From NCBI GenBank assembly GCA_025450075.1, contig JANWIC010000003.1, positions 32,800-96,799 of the forward strand: DNA of 64,000 nucleotides, written 5' to 3'. The position numbers and the translations under genes are program-made. The notes below the pieces were generated by a model. It saw only the letters and a list, made by a program, of their open reading frames with translations. It was not told the DNA's origin and ran no database searches. This document shows positions 32,211 to 42,047 of the stretch, in pieces. Numbering within the stretch: position 1 is the stretch's first letter; each line of letters begins with the position of its first letter. The stretch comes from Patescibacteria group bacterium. GTDB lineage: Bacteria; Patescibacteriota; Dojkabacteria; JAKAPS01.

Positions 32211-33671
32211 TTATAAACCTTGTATGGAAATGGAATATATACCCTTGTCTAATGGAGAGTTATCTTGTGTAAGATTTGCCATTTCAAAGTAGATGTCACT
32301 AGCATTTGGTGATAAAAGGATATTTGGTGAAGTGATAAGAGTACTTAATAATGTATCATTATTACTCCCATCAAAATTTACCGCCTTTATATCGTAATAT
32401 GTTCCACTGGTAACCGACTGGTCTTTTGTGGTGTATAAAATGATTCGGGAAGATTTGTCCCAAATAAAGTAAGTAACATCGCTATATCTTAAATTCAGGT
32501 TAAAAGATTCATTCGTTTCAATCGAGTAAGTATACATGGTTCCATTTACATCCCTGTATAAAATATACTTTCCGTCAGGAGAATAAGAAAGTGGATACAT
32601 GCTGATGTTATTTATTACTTGAAGATGGTTAGGAGAAATCTCTGGGGCATTGATTTCAATATCTTTCCCCTCCAGGCTATAACTATAATCATCCCCTGTA
32701 CTTATAAAATTCTTGATTGGAGTTGTACTCGTAATAATGGTTGTTTCATTTGTTCCATCAAATTGAACTGTACTTACACTGTAGGTTGGATTTTGGTTAT
32801 TGGTTTTTTTAATAACGTAAAAAACATTGTCAGAAACATTGACATCAGTAATCTGTGAAGTTGTTCCTGCATCGGTTAATAAAATCTTTTGTCCGTCAGT
32901 AATATCAATAGATATAAACATTTGTGAATTAAAAAGGACAATATGGCTATCATCTTTTCCCCATTCAACGGTTGAATACATTGTCGGGTCAATAAAGTTT
33001 GATATATCTATTGCTTGTCCAGAACCATCAGTATTGAACACAAAGTATTTTTCAGGAAGGTTTGGAGCAGAAAAGTCAAATAACGCTCGTGTGCTATTTG
33101 GAGCAACTGCTGCTTGCTTTAACATATAAGCGCTATTAATATTCAGTATATTTGTATTAAAGAGGAATTGGGTATTGTCTCCAATATTTAAAAACCCGCT
33201 TCCAAATGAATGGAAATATACATTCATTCCAGCAGTCTTATCTTTTGTTTCATATACATAATTATTTTTCCCAAAGAATGTTGCGCCGACATTTACCAAA
33301 GATTCCTGCCTTGTTGGTTTGATTGATGATGGGAAGAGGATAGGATAAACTAAGTTAATCTTCCCCCCTTGAACAGTAATCTTTGTCGTCCAAGGTACGA
33401 ACCCATCTTTTTTAATTGAAAGAGCATATTCTCCAGGAACAAGATTAAAAACTGATACGGGAGATTTCCCTTCATTTTTATTGTTAATATAGACATCTGT
33501 TCCGCTTGGAGTAGAGGTAATTTTAATTACTCCTGTTTTTTGAATTGTCTTGGAATCAAGATTTAGTGTGTAGCCATTGGCAAAAAAGATTATAATGATT
33601 GTTGTTATTAGGACAAGTACAAATCCTAAAAAGGAAATGAGAATGCTTTTTTTCATGGTATAATCAGACAA
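32211..33671 (-). CDS. PEGA-domain surface protein with a beta-propeller-like C-terminal region and an N-terminal TM anchor
   Basis: PEGA motif (VPGEYALSIKKDGFVPW). Repetitive beta-strand-rich Ser/Thr/Asn/Tyr segments resemble TolB/WD40-like propellers. No LPXTG motif. Confidence 0.55.
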   Translation of the reverse strand: MSDYTMKKSILISFLGFVLVLITTIIIIFFANGYTLNLDSKTIQKTGVIKITSTPSGTDVYINNKNEGKSPVSVFNLVPGEYALSIKKDGFVPWTTKITVQGGKINLVYPILFPSSIKPTRQESLVNVGATFFGKNNYVYETKDKTAGMNVYFHSFGSGFLNIGDNTQFLFNTNILNINSAYMLKQAAVAPNSTRALFDFSAPNLPEKYFVFNTDGSGQAIDISNFIDPTMYSTVEWGKDDSHIVLFNSQMFISIDITDGQKILLTDAGTTSQITDVNVSDNVFYVIKKTNNQNPTYSVSTVQFDGTNETTIITSTTPIKNFISTGDDYSYSLEGKDIEINAPEISPNHLQVINNISMYPLSYSPDGKYILYRDVNGTMYTYSIETNESFNLNLRYSDVTYFIWDKSSRIILYTTKDQSVTSGTYYDIKAVNFDGSNNDTLLSTLITSPNILLSPNASDIYFEMANLTQDNSPLDKGIYSISIQGL

Positions 33672-33745
33672 AGGGATACACTAGCTTTAAAAAGTTCCTA
33701 AAAGCTTATATAATTATAGCACACTCAGTATATTATAAAAATATT

Positions 33746-34747
33746 GTGTTAGCAAAAAAAATAGGGATTGATTTCGGTACGGCAAACTCGATTATATACA
33801 TAGAAGACAGGGGTGTAGTATTAAATGAGCCAACTGTTGTAGCCGTTTCATTAAATAACAATAAGATTTTAGCAGTCGGAAAAGAGGCAAAGGAAATGCT
33901 TGGGAAAACCCCAAGCGGTATAATTGCCCGAAGACCATTAAAAAACGGAGTTATCGCTAGCTATAAAGTTACTGAAGTACTACTCAGGTATTTTCTCTCA
34001 AAAACGCTTGGATATTCAAAAATATTTCGTCCCGAAGTAGTTATCAGTATTCCTGCAGGTGCGACATCTGTTGAAAAAAGAGCGGTCTATGAAGCAATCA
34101 TGTCTGCAGGTGCCAAAAAAGCATATCTTGTTCCAGAACCATTTTTAGCAGCTATCGGCGCAGGATTACCCATTAATACATCTGCGGGAAATATGATAGT
34201 TAATATAGGAGGGGGAACAACGGAAATTGCAGTAATTTCTTTAAATGGTATCGTTGCATGGAACAGTGAACGTGTTGCAGGGGATGCGTTTAATGATGGA
34301 ATTATTACATTTCTTCGAAGGAAAAATTCAATTACAATTGGAGAACAAATGGCAGAAGAGGTAAAGATCCAAATTGGATCAGCTATGCCTCTTGATGAAC
34401 CTCTTAGTATGGAAATTAAGGGAAGAGATGCTACTACAGGTATGCCCAAGACAATGCTTGTGACAACTAATGATTTAGTGGATGCATTTAAACCTCCTAT
34501 TACTCTTATCATCCAGGCAATTAAAACAGTACTGGAAAAGACTCCTCCTGAACTTGCATCCGATATCATTGATAGGGGTATTGTTCTCTCGGGGGGAAGT
34601 TCAATGCTTCGTTCATTAGACATCTTACTAACCAAAGCAATTGGTGTGCCGTTTCATTTAGCTGATGAGCCAATATTTTGTGTCGCAAAGGGGACCGGTA
34701 TTGCTTTAAAGCATTTCGATATTTTAGAAAATATTGTCGTTAAATAA
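33746..34747 (+). CDS. mreB: MreB/Mbl-family actin-like protein, second paralog
   Basis: Phosphate-1 IGIDFGTANS, phosphate-2 DIGGGTTEI and an adenosine motif. 333 aa. Its 3-prime end overlaps the next gene by 14 nt. Confidence 0.85.
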   Translation: MLAKKIGIDFGTANSIIYIEDRGVVLNEPTVVAVSLNNNKILAVGKEAKEMLGKTPSGIIARRPLKNGVIASYKVTEVLLRYFLSKTLGYSKIFRPEVVISIPAGATSVEKRAVYEAIMSAGAKKAYLVPEPFLAAIGAGLPINTSAGNMIVNIGGGTTEIAVISLNGIVAWNSERVAGDAFNDGIITFLRRKNSITIGEQMAEEVKIQIGSAMPLDEPLSMEIKGRDATTGMPKTMLVTTNDLVDAFKPPITLIIQAIKTVLEKTPPELASDIIDRGIVLSGGSSMLRSLDILLTKAIGVPFHLADEPIFCVAKGTGIALKHFDILENIVVK

Positions 34748-36056
34748 TATGGAAGGGATTGCTCTTTTATTTTCTGTCGCCTTATCAGGGATTGAACGTC
34801 TTTCAATAAATCTTGGATTTACCCTTACCCCGATTTTCCTGGTTGCTTGTTTCGTACTCATTTTAGCCTTCCTGAAAAGGGGATATGGGGTAAATATCTT
34901 TAAAGATAGAATATTTTTTATAGTGTTAGCAGTATACATAGTCGCCCTGCTATCGTGCGTATCTTCTCCTTTCAGGGCAGCATCGCTTAAGTCTTCCTTA
35001 TATGTTCTGATATATGTGTCGCTAATCTATTGTTTAAGTATTTTACCCTTTACAAAAAATAGCTATTCATTAATGAGGTGGGGAATCTATTCCGGTCTCT
35101 GTCTCTTTAGTCTTTATGGAATATTACAGTACCTTCGTTATCAATCGGGACATTTTCCCGATCTTTTTACTTTTCCCATTCCACATAATAATGCACTCTC
35201 TCCGCTGGATTTTGTCATACACTCAGGAACCTCAACGATACTTAGACCGAATAGCGGATTTAATGACGTCAATGCTGCAGCAGCATTCGCTTTACTCTAT
35301 CTGCCAATCATCCTATATTACACCTATTTAAAAATATTTCAATACATTCGTTTTAGAAAGATAACTGAATTGTACAAGGCAATAGGTTGGGTACTTTTAT
35401 TTTTAATCTCTCTCTATGCGTTTATACTTATGGCTTCTCGTGCCGCTTTGATTGCCATATTTATTCTTATTCCGTTTATTGTGATTCTGTTGGCATTTAG
35501 GTTAATAAAAAATAAAAAGCTTGTCTTTTTCTCATTAGTTGTTTTGGTTGTGGTTATTTTTGGTGCAGCGGTTTATCGCCGCTCTAGCATTTCAACCAAA
35601 CTGAATCAATTATATAATCAAGAGTATTCTGCGAAGGCTCATGTGGCGTATACCGATTCTGCAATCCGTGAATTTAGGCACTACCCTTTAACTGGAGGGG
35701 GAGTAGGGAGCTTTTATCAATACTTCCAATCTGAAGAGATGAAGGGAATCATTGGTGGATATTACCCGTCTGTTGATAATCCCCCCATGTTGATTAAGGT
35801 TTTAGCTGAGGAAGGAATACTGGGATTTATTGCATACCTAATCCTATTTAGTATCCCAGTTATTATATGTATCAAAAAGTTTATTAAAGATTCATCTCTT
35901 AACCATGCGATGTTCTGGCTTTCTTTTGCAATAGGATTTGTAGGGCTATTCCTTTCAAATCTTTTCCATTCAAACATGCAGCTATTCTTTACCGCAGTAT
36001 TTATTGGATTAGTACTTTGGCTTGCAAGAAGAGAGAATAATTTACCCGAAACTTAG
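34734..36056 (+). CDS. O-antigen ligase / Wzy_C-family polytopic membrane protein
   Basis: Wzy_C signatures: SRAALIA, HYPLTGGGVG, and a periplasmic-loop H...N...L..EEGILG motif. About 10-12 TM helices. Confidence 0.65.
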   Translation: MSLNNMEGIALLFSVALSGIERLSINLGFTLTPIFLVACFVLILAFLKRGYGVNIFKDRIFFIVLAVYIVALLSCVSSPFRAASLKSSLYVLIYVSLIYCLSILPFTKNSYSLMRWGIYSGLCLFSLYGILQYLRYQSGHFPDLFTFPIPHNNALSPLDFVIHSGTSTILRPNSGFNDVNAAAAFALLYLPIILYYTYLKIFQYIRFRKITELYKAIGWVLLFLISLYAFILMASRAALIAIFILIPFIVILLAFRLIKNKKLVFFSLVVLVVVIFGAAVYRRSSISTKLNQLYNQEYSAKAHVAYTDSAIREFRHYPLTGGGVGSFYQYFQSEEMKGIIGGYYPSVDNPPMLIKVLAEEGILGFIAYLILFSIPVIICIKKFIKDSSLNHAMFWLSFAIGFVGLFLSNLFHSNMQLFFTAVFIGLVLWLARRENNLPET

Positions 36057-36283
36057 TTGACCACTCTTCTTAAGGAAAATGTACGTCATTGGCAGTCGGT
36101 GCTAATATTGTTAACGGGTATGTATTTGCTATCTACAGAAGGCAATCACGCTTTTTACGATCTGGAATGTTTCAAATATATGTATTAGTCCTTCAGACTT
36201 ATATTGCAATAGAACTATTTCTTTGTATTTCCTTGCACTTGATATATAAAGGGGGTATACTTTTCCAGAATTAATCCCGTTCT

Positions 36284-37861
36284 ATGAAGAAATCGAAAAC
36301 TGAGAAAGTCTCCAACACATCACCTAAATACAATATTGTATTTATTTCTCCTGAAGTAGCTCCTTTTTCAAAGTTTGGCGGTTTAGCAGATGTATCTTGG
36401 GCACTCCCTAGAGCATTAAAACGATTAGGCCATAATGTAAAGATTATTATGCCGAAATTCGGAAGTATTGACGATGAAAAATTTGGAATCAAAGCATATA
36501 AACAAAATTTAAAAGTACCAACAGCAGATAAAGATATTGTATGCAATGTAAAAATTGGATATATACCTGATGGCCTTGAGGTGTATCTTATTGAGAACAT
36601 GGAATATTATGAGATGCGTGCCAATGTGTATGGATATAAAGATGATGCACGAAGGTTTGCACTGCTCTCTAAAGGGGCATTGGAGCTTATCAGATCTCAA
36701 AAATGGCAGGTTGATATAATCCATTCTAACGATTGGATGACCGGATATGTTTCCAATTATTTAAAAACTGAATATAAGCTTGATCCAATATTAAATAAGG
36801 CTGCCTCAGTTTTCACAATCCATAATTTGGCTTTGCAAGGGGTAAATAGAAGAACACTTACTCAGACGCAAATCGACCAGGGAACATCACCTCTTCCGGA
36901 TCTTTTAGACGATGATATCTTTTTTGTAAATGGAATGCTGAGAGGTATTGTTTATTCTGATTTTGTAAATACAGTTTCAGAAAGATATGCAAAAGAAATA
37001 TTGACTCCAGAATATGGAGAAGGAATGGATAAAATCCTTCAAGAGATGAGAAATAAACTTGTAGGGATACGTAACGGTGTGGATTACGATGTATTAAACC
37101 CAAGAGTTGATAAAAATATTTATGTTAATTATGATTTAGGTGATATTGAAAAGAAAAAAGAAAATAAAATAGCATTTCAGAAAGAATTTGATTTGGTTAT
37201 TGATCCTGCAATCCCTCTTGTTGGGTTTGTAGGGCGTTTGAGCGAGCAAAAAGGATTGGGATTGCTTCATGATACCATTCGACCTCTTCTTGCTAATTTA
37301 AACTTTCAGTTTGTGATCGTAGGTGGAGGAGATGAGTATTGGGAAAAGTTTTTTGCCAAACTTATTAAAGATTTTCCTGGGAAAGTAAATGGATATCTTA
37401 TGATTAGTACCACGTTTGCTCAAAAACTTTATGCTGCATGCGATATACTTGTTCATCCATCGAAGTTTGAGCCTTGTGGAATAACACATGCTATAGCAAT
37501 GAGATATGGAACAGTCCCTATTGTTCGTGAGACAGGAGGTCTTGCTGATTCTGTAATAGATTATGGAAAAGACAGGAAGAATGGAGATGGATTTATGTTC
37601 AAAGAATTCAATGAAATGGCATTTCTTATTCAACTTGTTTCAGCACTTACTACATTCAAATCAAATAAACGAGAATGGAAAAAAATTCAATCCCGCTCTA
37701 TGAGAAAAGATCTTTCATGGAACGCCTCTGCTGTAAAATATATCGACCTTTATGAAAAGGCGATTGATAGACATGTAAAGTGGTTAAAGAAAGAAGGATT
37801 GGTAATGGCAGACTCTCCAGTAGAAGTGCCAGGTTATTCTTCGATAGATATCCTCAGTTAA
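36284..37861 (+). CDS. glgA: GT5-family glycosyltransferase (glycogen/starch-synthase-like)
   Basis: N-terminal SPEVAPFSKFGGLADV (KxGGL motif) and a C-terminal GT-B domain with ETGGLADSV. No glgB/glgC are adjacent. Confidence 0.75.
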   Translation: MKKSKTEKVSNTSPKYNIVFISPEVAPFSKFGGLADVSWALPRALKRLGHNVKIIMPKFGSIDDEKFGIKAYKQNLKVPTADKDIVCNVKIGYIPDGLEVYLIENMEYYEMRANVYGYKDDARRFALLSKGALELIRSQKWQVDIIHSNDWMTGYVSNYLKTEYKLDPILNKAASVFTIHNLALQGVNRRTLTQTQIDQGTSPLPDLLDDDIFFVNGMLRGIVYSDFVNTVSERYAKEILTPEYGEGMDKILQEMRNKLVGIRNGVDYDVLNPRVDKNIYVNYDLGDIEKKKENKIAFQKEFDLVIDPAIPLVGFVGRLSEQKGLGLLHDTIRPLLANLNFQFVIVGGGDEYWEKFFAKLIKDFPGKVNGYLMISTTFAQKLYAACDILVHPSKFEPCGITHAIAMRYGTVPIVRETGGLADSVIDYGKDRKNGDGFMFKEFNEMAFLIQLVSALTTFKSNKREWKKIQSRSMRKDLSWNASAVKYIDLYEKAIDRHVKWLKKEGLVMADSPVEVPGYSSIDILS

Positions 37862-38401
37862 CAAACCCACAGTTTTCAGCTCAGCATTCAATTCATTTTA
37901 AGTGCCAATAGACGTATTAACCCCTGACCATGGGGGATAAGTATATCGTTGAGCAATTTGTTTCCATTAAAAGCGATTTCAAATATCTTCCCTACGAATT
38001 CTATATTGTGATATTTCATATATTCTCGACAGATTTAAATATAAATAACATCCTATAGAAAGGACGGTGTTAAATTACGTATCAAATATAGTCATTATAA
38101 ACTAAATAGAGAAGTATATCACTTCAATAAGATTGACTGCTTGTCTTAAGTGCTAAATCAATAAGGAGTGGTGTGTTCGAATATTATATTTGAATGGTGA
38201 GTGATAATTGTGTCTTCTAATGCTATAGCAATATGATAATTTGCTATTGTAAAGTTAATTTATATTGCGAGTATGTTATATGTTCTAGTTATTTCGATAC
38301 ACCCCACATATTCTCTTGCTATGCAATACAACGGAATTATTTAATAAATATTGTGGGGGAGGGGTAAGACTGATGGTTTAGCAAACTATGCGGATAAGAA
38401 A

Positions 38402-38430
38402 AATGGGCCGTATTAACTACGGCCCATCAA
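38402..38430 (-). terminator. Rho-independent terminator after rplL (hairpin plus T-run on the minus strand)
   Basis: ATGGGCCGT-AGTTAAT-ACGGCCCAT hairpin followed by TTTTTCTT on the minus strand, 9 nt after the rplL stop. Confidence 0.7.
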
Positions 38431-38438
38431 ATTCCTCT

Positions 38439-38834
38439 TTATTTCAATTCGACTTTTGCTCCTGCTTCTTCAAGTACCTTCTTCATCTTTTCTGCTTCAT
38501 CCTTACTTACGCCTTCTTTTACTGCCTTCGGTGATGCATCAGATGCCTCTACAAGATCCTTTGCTTCTTTTAGACCAAGGTCTGTAATGGTTCTAAGGGC
38601 TTTAATAACTGCGAGTTTTTGTGTTCCTGAACCAGCTAATACGACGTCAAAGGAGGTTTTTTCTTCTGCTGCTTCTGTTGAAACTGCAGTTGCTGCTGGT
38701 GCCGCTGCCATTACAGGCATTGCTGCGCTAACACCAAATTTTTCTTCTAAATCCTTTGTCAGTTCTGAAAGTTCAAGTACTGTCATGGATTCAATTGCCT
38801 TAAGAATATCTTCTTTTGTTAATTTTGCTGCCAT
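38439..38834 (-). CDS. rplL: 50S ribosomal protein L7/L12
   Basis: Ala-rich flexible hinge and C-terminal [24 protein letters not shown]. Confidence 0.95.
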   Translation of the reverse strand: MAAKLTKEDILKAIESMTVLELSELTKDLEEKFGVSAAMPVMAAAPAATAVSTEAAEEKTSFDVVLAGSGTQKLAVIKALRTITDLGLKEAKDLVEASDASPKAVKEGVSKDEAEKMKKVLEEAGAKVELK

Positions 38835-38872
38835 ATAATTTCACCTCCTTTAGTGAATATACATAAAATATA

Positions 38873-39418
38873 TTATTTAGTTGCTTCTACTGCTTTAAGA
38901 GTGTATAAAAAGTTTCGTTGTATTCCAGTAAGTGTATTTACAATTGAATATAGTGGATATTTTATTGTTCCCACTGTTTTTGCAATCATTTCAGGCTTTG
39001 CTGGAAGTTTTGAAATCTCCATAACCTTTTCCTTATTATAGAGTATATGTTCTATAACGCCGATTTTAATTGAAGATGTGCTATTGCTACTGATAAATTC
39101 TACAATAGCTTTCAAACTTGGCCCCATTTCTTCAGGTGCAAATACAGCTCCTGTACTGCCTTGAAGAGTTACATCAAGTGTTTCATCATGTTCCTTTAAG
39201 GCCTTTGAAAAGATCGTATTTTTGACCAAAATATATTTTGATCCTTGATCTGCCAGTTTGTTCTTAAATTGCTCTACTGCAGATGTTTTAATAGCGGACA
39301 TATCAAGTAAGACGATGGTCTGATAATTGTCCAGATTATCTTTGTAGGACTTGTAGATATCCTGCTTTTTTTGTTTTGTCTTTGCCATATCAAAAAAATA
39401 AAATAAAAAAGACTTCAC
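38873..39418 (-). CDS. rplJ: 50S ribosomal protein L10
   Basis: Assigned from its position between rplA and rplL, its length (181 aa) and an L10-like N-terminal region. Confidence 0.85.
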   Translation of the reverse strand: MKSFLFYFFDMAKTKQKKQDIYKSYKDNLDNYQTIVLLDMSAIKTSAVEQFKNKLADQGSKYILVKNTIFSKALKEHDETLDVTLQGSTGAVFAPEEMGPSLKAIVEFISSNSTSSIKIGVIEHILYNKEKVMEISKLPAKPEMIAKTVGTIKYPLYSIVNTLTGIQRNFLYTLKAVEATK

Positions 39419-39515
39419 ATAAATATTTAATGAAGTCTCAGACGTGAATCTCGATAGGATTTTAACCGATTCCGGACCTATTGTCTCCGATTCATTAAAT
39501 AATACTATTTAATTG

Positions 39516-40214
39516 TTATTGTTCTAGTTCTTTAAAAATTGATTCAATATCAATCTTTACTGATGGACCCATGGTTGGAGCCACATACATATTCTTAATA
39601 ATAAGTCGTGGAGTCTTTCCTGAGTTTTGAACTAATGATTTCGCAAATCTAAGAAGATTCTCTTTAAGTTCTTCCGGAGTACTTTCCTGGGTTCCAATAA
39701 TAGAGTGGACTACACCGGTCTCATCAGTTTTATAATCAATTTTACCACCCTTATAGCTCTCTACAGCTGTCTTAACGTCATCAGTTACAGTTCCGGATTT
39801 AGGGTTTGGCATAAGTCCTTTTGTTCCTAAAATTCTTCCAAGCATAGCGATTTTTGGCATAACTGCAGGGACTGCAATTGCAACATCAAAATCAGTCCAT
39901 CCATCTTTTACTTTGTTAATTAAATCATCAAGTCCAAAATAATCAGCGCCAGCTTTTTGTGCTACATCTTGATTCATTGGATCTGCAAAAACCAATACTC
40001 TTTTAATTTTTCCTACTGGTTTTACATAGGTAACATTACCACGAATAGGTTGCTTTCTTTCTTTTTCATTCAAGTTCAAAGCAACATGGATTTCAATTTT
40101 ACCCTTAAATTTACTTGTTGAAAGTGATCCGACGGTTTTTAATGCTTGATCAACATCTAACATATTTGTTTTAAGAGTTTTTTTTGTTGCGTCGTATTTT
40201 TTTCCTCTTTTCAT
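39516..40214 (-). CDS. rplA: 50S ribosomal protein L1
   Basis: L1 signatures (GKKYDATK..., VALNLNEKERKQPIRG). 232 aa. Confidence 0.9.
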   Translation of the reverse strand: MKRGKKYDATKKTLKTNMLDVDQALKTVGSLSTSKFKGKIEIHVALNLNEKERKQPIRGNVTYVKPVGKIKRVLVFADPMNQDVAQKAGADYFGLDDLINKVKDGWTDFDVAIAVPAVMPKIAMLGRILGTKGLMPNPKSGTVTDDVKTAVESYKGGKIDYKTDETGVVHSIIGTQESTPEELKENLLRFAKSLVQNSGKTPRLIIKNMYVAPTMGPSVKIDIESIFKELEQ

Positions 40215-40237
40215 GGTTTAATTAAAATGATATATGC

Positions 40238-40666
40238 TTATTTTTCGTCATATTCTACACCCATATTTCTTGCAGTCCCTTGAATCATTTTGATTGCTGC
40301 TTCTAAATCTTTTGTATTTAGATCCGGCATTTTTGTTTTCGCAATTTCTTCAAGTTGTGCTCGGGTAAGTTTTCCGACTTTATTTTTATTTGGTACCCCT
40401 GAACCTTTTTGTAATCCAAGAGCTTTTTTAATCAAAGTTGCAGCAGGTGGAGTCTTTGTAATGAAATCAAAACTTCTGTCTTCATATACAGTAATAACTG
40501 CTGGGATGATTAAATCACCCATACCCTTTGTCTTTTCATTGAATTTATTACAAAAATCCATGATATTTATTCCTTGCTGACCAAGAATAGGGCCAACTGG
40601 AGGTGCTGGATTAGCTGCTCCTGCTTTGATCTGAATTTTCAATACTGTCTTAATTTTTTTTGCCAT
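40238..40666 (-). CDS. rplK: 50S ribosomal protein L11
   Basis: L11 N-terminal [34 protein letters not shown]. Confidence 0.95.
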   Translation of the reverse strand: MAKKIKTVLKIQIKAGAANPAPPVGPILGQQGINIMDFCNKFNEKTKGMGDLIIPAVITVYEDRSFDFITKTPPAATLIKKALGLQKGSGVPNKNKVGKLTRAQLEEIAKTKMPDLNTKDLEAAIKMIQGTARNMGVEYDEK

Positions 40667-40681
40667 AGGAATATTCTAGAA

Positions 40682-41287
40682 TTAAAATCGTTTCACTTGA
40701 GTAAAGTCCAATTCTACAGGAGTTTCCCGTCCGAATATGGAAATGAGCACTTTAACTTTTCCTTTACTATCATTGATTTCAATGATTTTTCCAGGGAAAT
40801 CCTTGAAAGGACCTTCAAGAATGTTAACTGCATCATTAATTGCGAATGAGGATTGATATGCAGGTTGTTCAACCTCCATAAATCTCATAATTGCCTTTAC
40901 TTCTTTTGGATTAAGTGGAGTAGGCTTCTTATCCATACCGGCAAAGCCGATTACTCCTTGCGTATCACGAACCAATGGCCAGGTTTGGTCATTCAAGTTC
41001 ATTTTAATAAGTATATATCCTGGTAAAATTTTATCTTCTACTGATTTCTTCTTTCCTTCTGAAACTACAATTTTGTTTTGAGTTGGAACAAGAATTTTTG
41101 ATACTTCGCTGTTTAATTGTGCAATATCAATACGTTGTTGGATTAGTTCAGCAACACGCTTTTCGTGTCCTGAGTAGGCGTTAATGACATACCATTTCTG
41201 GTTCTTATTTTCATCGTTATCAATCTCTTCGGGTGTAATAACCTGTTCTTGAGCTTCTGTTGTCTCTTTTTTATCGTCTTTTTTCAT
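40682..41287 (-). CDS. nusG: Transcription antitermination factor NusG
   Basis: NGN domain (KWYVINAYSGHEKRV) and a C-terminal KOW motif. Confidence 0.9.
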   Translation of the reverse strand: MKKDDKKETTEAQEQVITPEEIDNDENKNQKWYVINAYSGHEKRVAELIQQRIDIAQLNSEVSKILVPTQNKIVVSEGKKKSVEDKILPGYILIKMNLNDQTWPLVRDTQGVIGFAGMDKKPTPLNPKEVKAIMRFMEVEQPAYQSSFAINDAVNILEGPFKDFPGKIIEINDSKGKVKVLISIFGRETPVELDFTQVKRF

Positions 41288-41291
41288 AAAA

Positions 41292-41468
41292 CTATTTATT
41301 CAAAATTGTAAAGATTAATTTGCTAAATATAAGGTCATTGGCAAATAAAAACAAGCTGATAGTTATAGAGGCTATAATAACGATCAAAGTAGATCGAAAC
41401 AACTGCTCTCTAGACAGCCAAGTTACGTTTCTTAATTCTACCAAAATCTGCCTAAAGAAATCAATCAT
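41292..41468 (-). CDS. secE: Preprotein translocase subunit SecE (58 aa), missed by the ORF track because it is under 60 aa
   Basis: Manual minus-strand translation gives MIDFFRQILVELRNVTWLSREQLFRSTLIVIIASITISLFLFANDLIFSKLIFTILNK. This shows the conserved SecE ELRKVTWP-like motif and a single TM helix. It occupies the canonical position between tRNA-Trp and nusG. Confidence 0.7.
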   Translation of the reverse strand: MIDFFRQILVELRNVTWLSREQLFRSTLIVIIASITISLFLFANDLIFSKLIFTILNK

Positions 41469-41580
41469 AACAGTTAATAACTACATTGTGCACTTGCGGG
41501 CGACCAGTCCGAATAATAACAAAAAAGCGAACAAATAGCAAGCTTTTAGTATTACGCCAGTACAATATTGGTTTTTTATA

Positions 41581-41652
41581 CAGGCTCAGTAGGATTCGAA
41601 CCTACACTGGTGGTTTTGGAGACCACTGTTCTACCATTGAAACTATGAGCCT
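41581..41652 (-). tRNA. tRNA-Trp (anticodon CCA)
   Basis: The minus-strand cloverleaf has AGGCTCA/TGAGCCT acceptor stems and anticodon loop CTCCAAA. Confidence 0.8.
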
Positions 41653-41850
41653 TTATTTCTTTACTTCCTTATGCGCAGTATGCATTTTGCATTTTGCACA
41701 AAACTTGTTAAGCTCTAGTTTGTCTTTTGTGTTATTGACATTCTTAGAAGATGCATAGTTTTTGCTTTTACAAACAGTACATTCAAACACAATAACTTGT
41801 CTTGCTAGTTTCTTTGCCATAATAAAAACAATTAAATATAAAATATGCAA
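41653..41850 (-). CDS. rpmG: 50S ribosomal protein L33
   Basis: 65-aa protein with CxxC...CxxC (CTVCKSK...CAKCKMH) and a KLELNKF motif. Confidence 0.85.
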   Translation of the reverse strand: MHILYLIVFIMAKKLARQVIVFECTVCKSKNYASSKNVNNTKDKLELNKFCAKCKMHTAHKEVKK

Positions 41851-41868
41851 TAAGTAAGCTGAAGATGA

Positions 41869-41941
41869 GAATTGAACTCATGACCTTTCCCTTACCATGG
41901 GAATGCTCTACCAACTGAGCTACTTCAGCAAAAAGCCTTCT
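41869..41941 (-). tRNA. tRNA-Thr (anticodon GGT)
   Basis: The minus-strand cloverleaf has GCTGAAG/CTTCAGC acceptor stems and anticodon loop ATGGTAA. Confidence 0.75.
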
Positions 41942-41945
41942 GTCA

Positions 41946-42019
41946 GATTCGGACTGACGACCTACTGTTTACAAAACAGTTGCTCTGACCAGCTGAGCTA
42001 AGAAGGCGTTTGTTAGAGC
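41946..42019 (-). tRNA. tRNA-Thr (anticodon TGT)
   Basis: The minus-strand cloverleaf has GCCTTCT/AGAAGGC acceptor stems, anticodon loop TTTGTAA and a 5-nt variable loop. Confidence 0.7.
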
Positions 42020-42047
42020 ACTCAAATGCTAGATGATTATAGTAATA

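Noticed and set aside
10412-34635. Antisense ORFs embedded in well-supported genes (e.g. 10412-10714, 10874-11359, 17668-18165, 26436-27101, 27156-27518, 32619-33129, 34087-34635)
   Set aside because: They lie opposite strongly supported CDSs (clpC, the MFS transporter, leuS, the PEGA protein, mreB2). They have no motifs and a low-complexity composition typical of shadow ORFs.
37862-38401. 540-bp AT-rich intergenic region between convergent glgA-like and rplL genes, as a possible ncRNA
   Set aside because: No recognisable RNase P, tmRNA, SRP, 6S or riboswitch signatures and no promoter-terminator pair. It is probably a convergent-gene spacer containing the rplL terminator.
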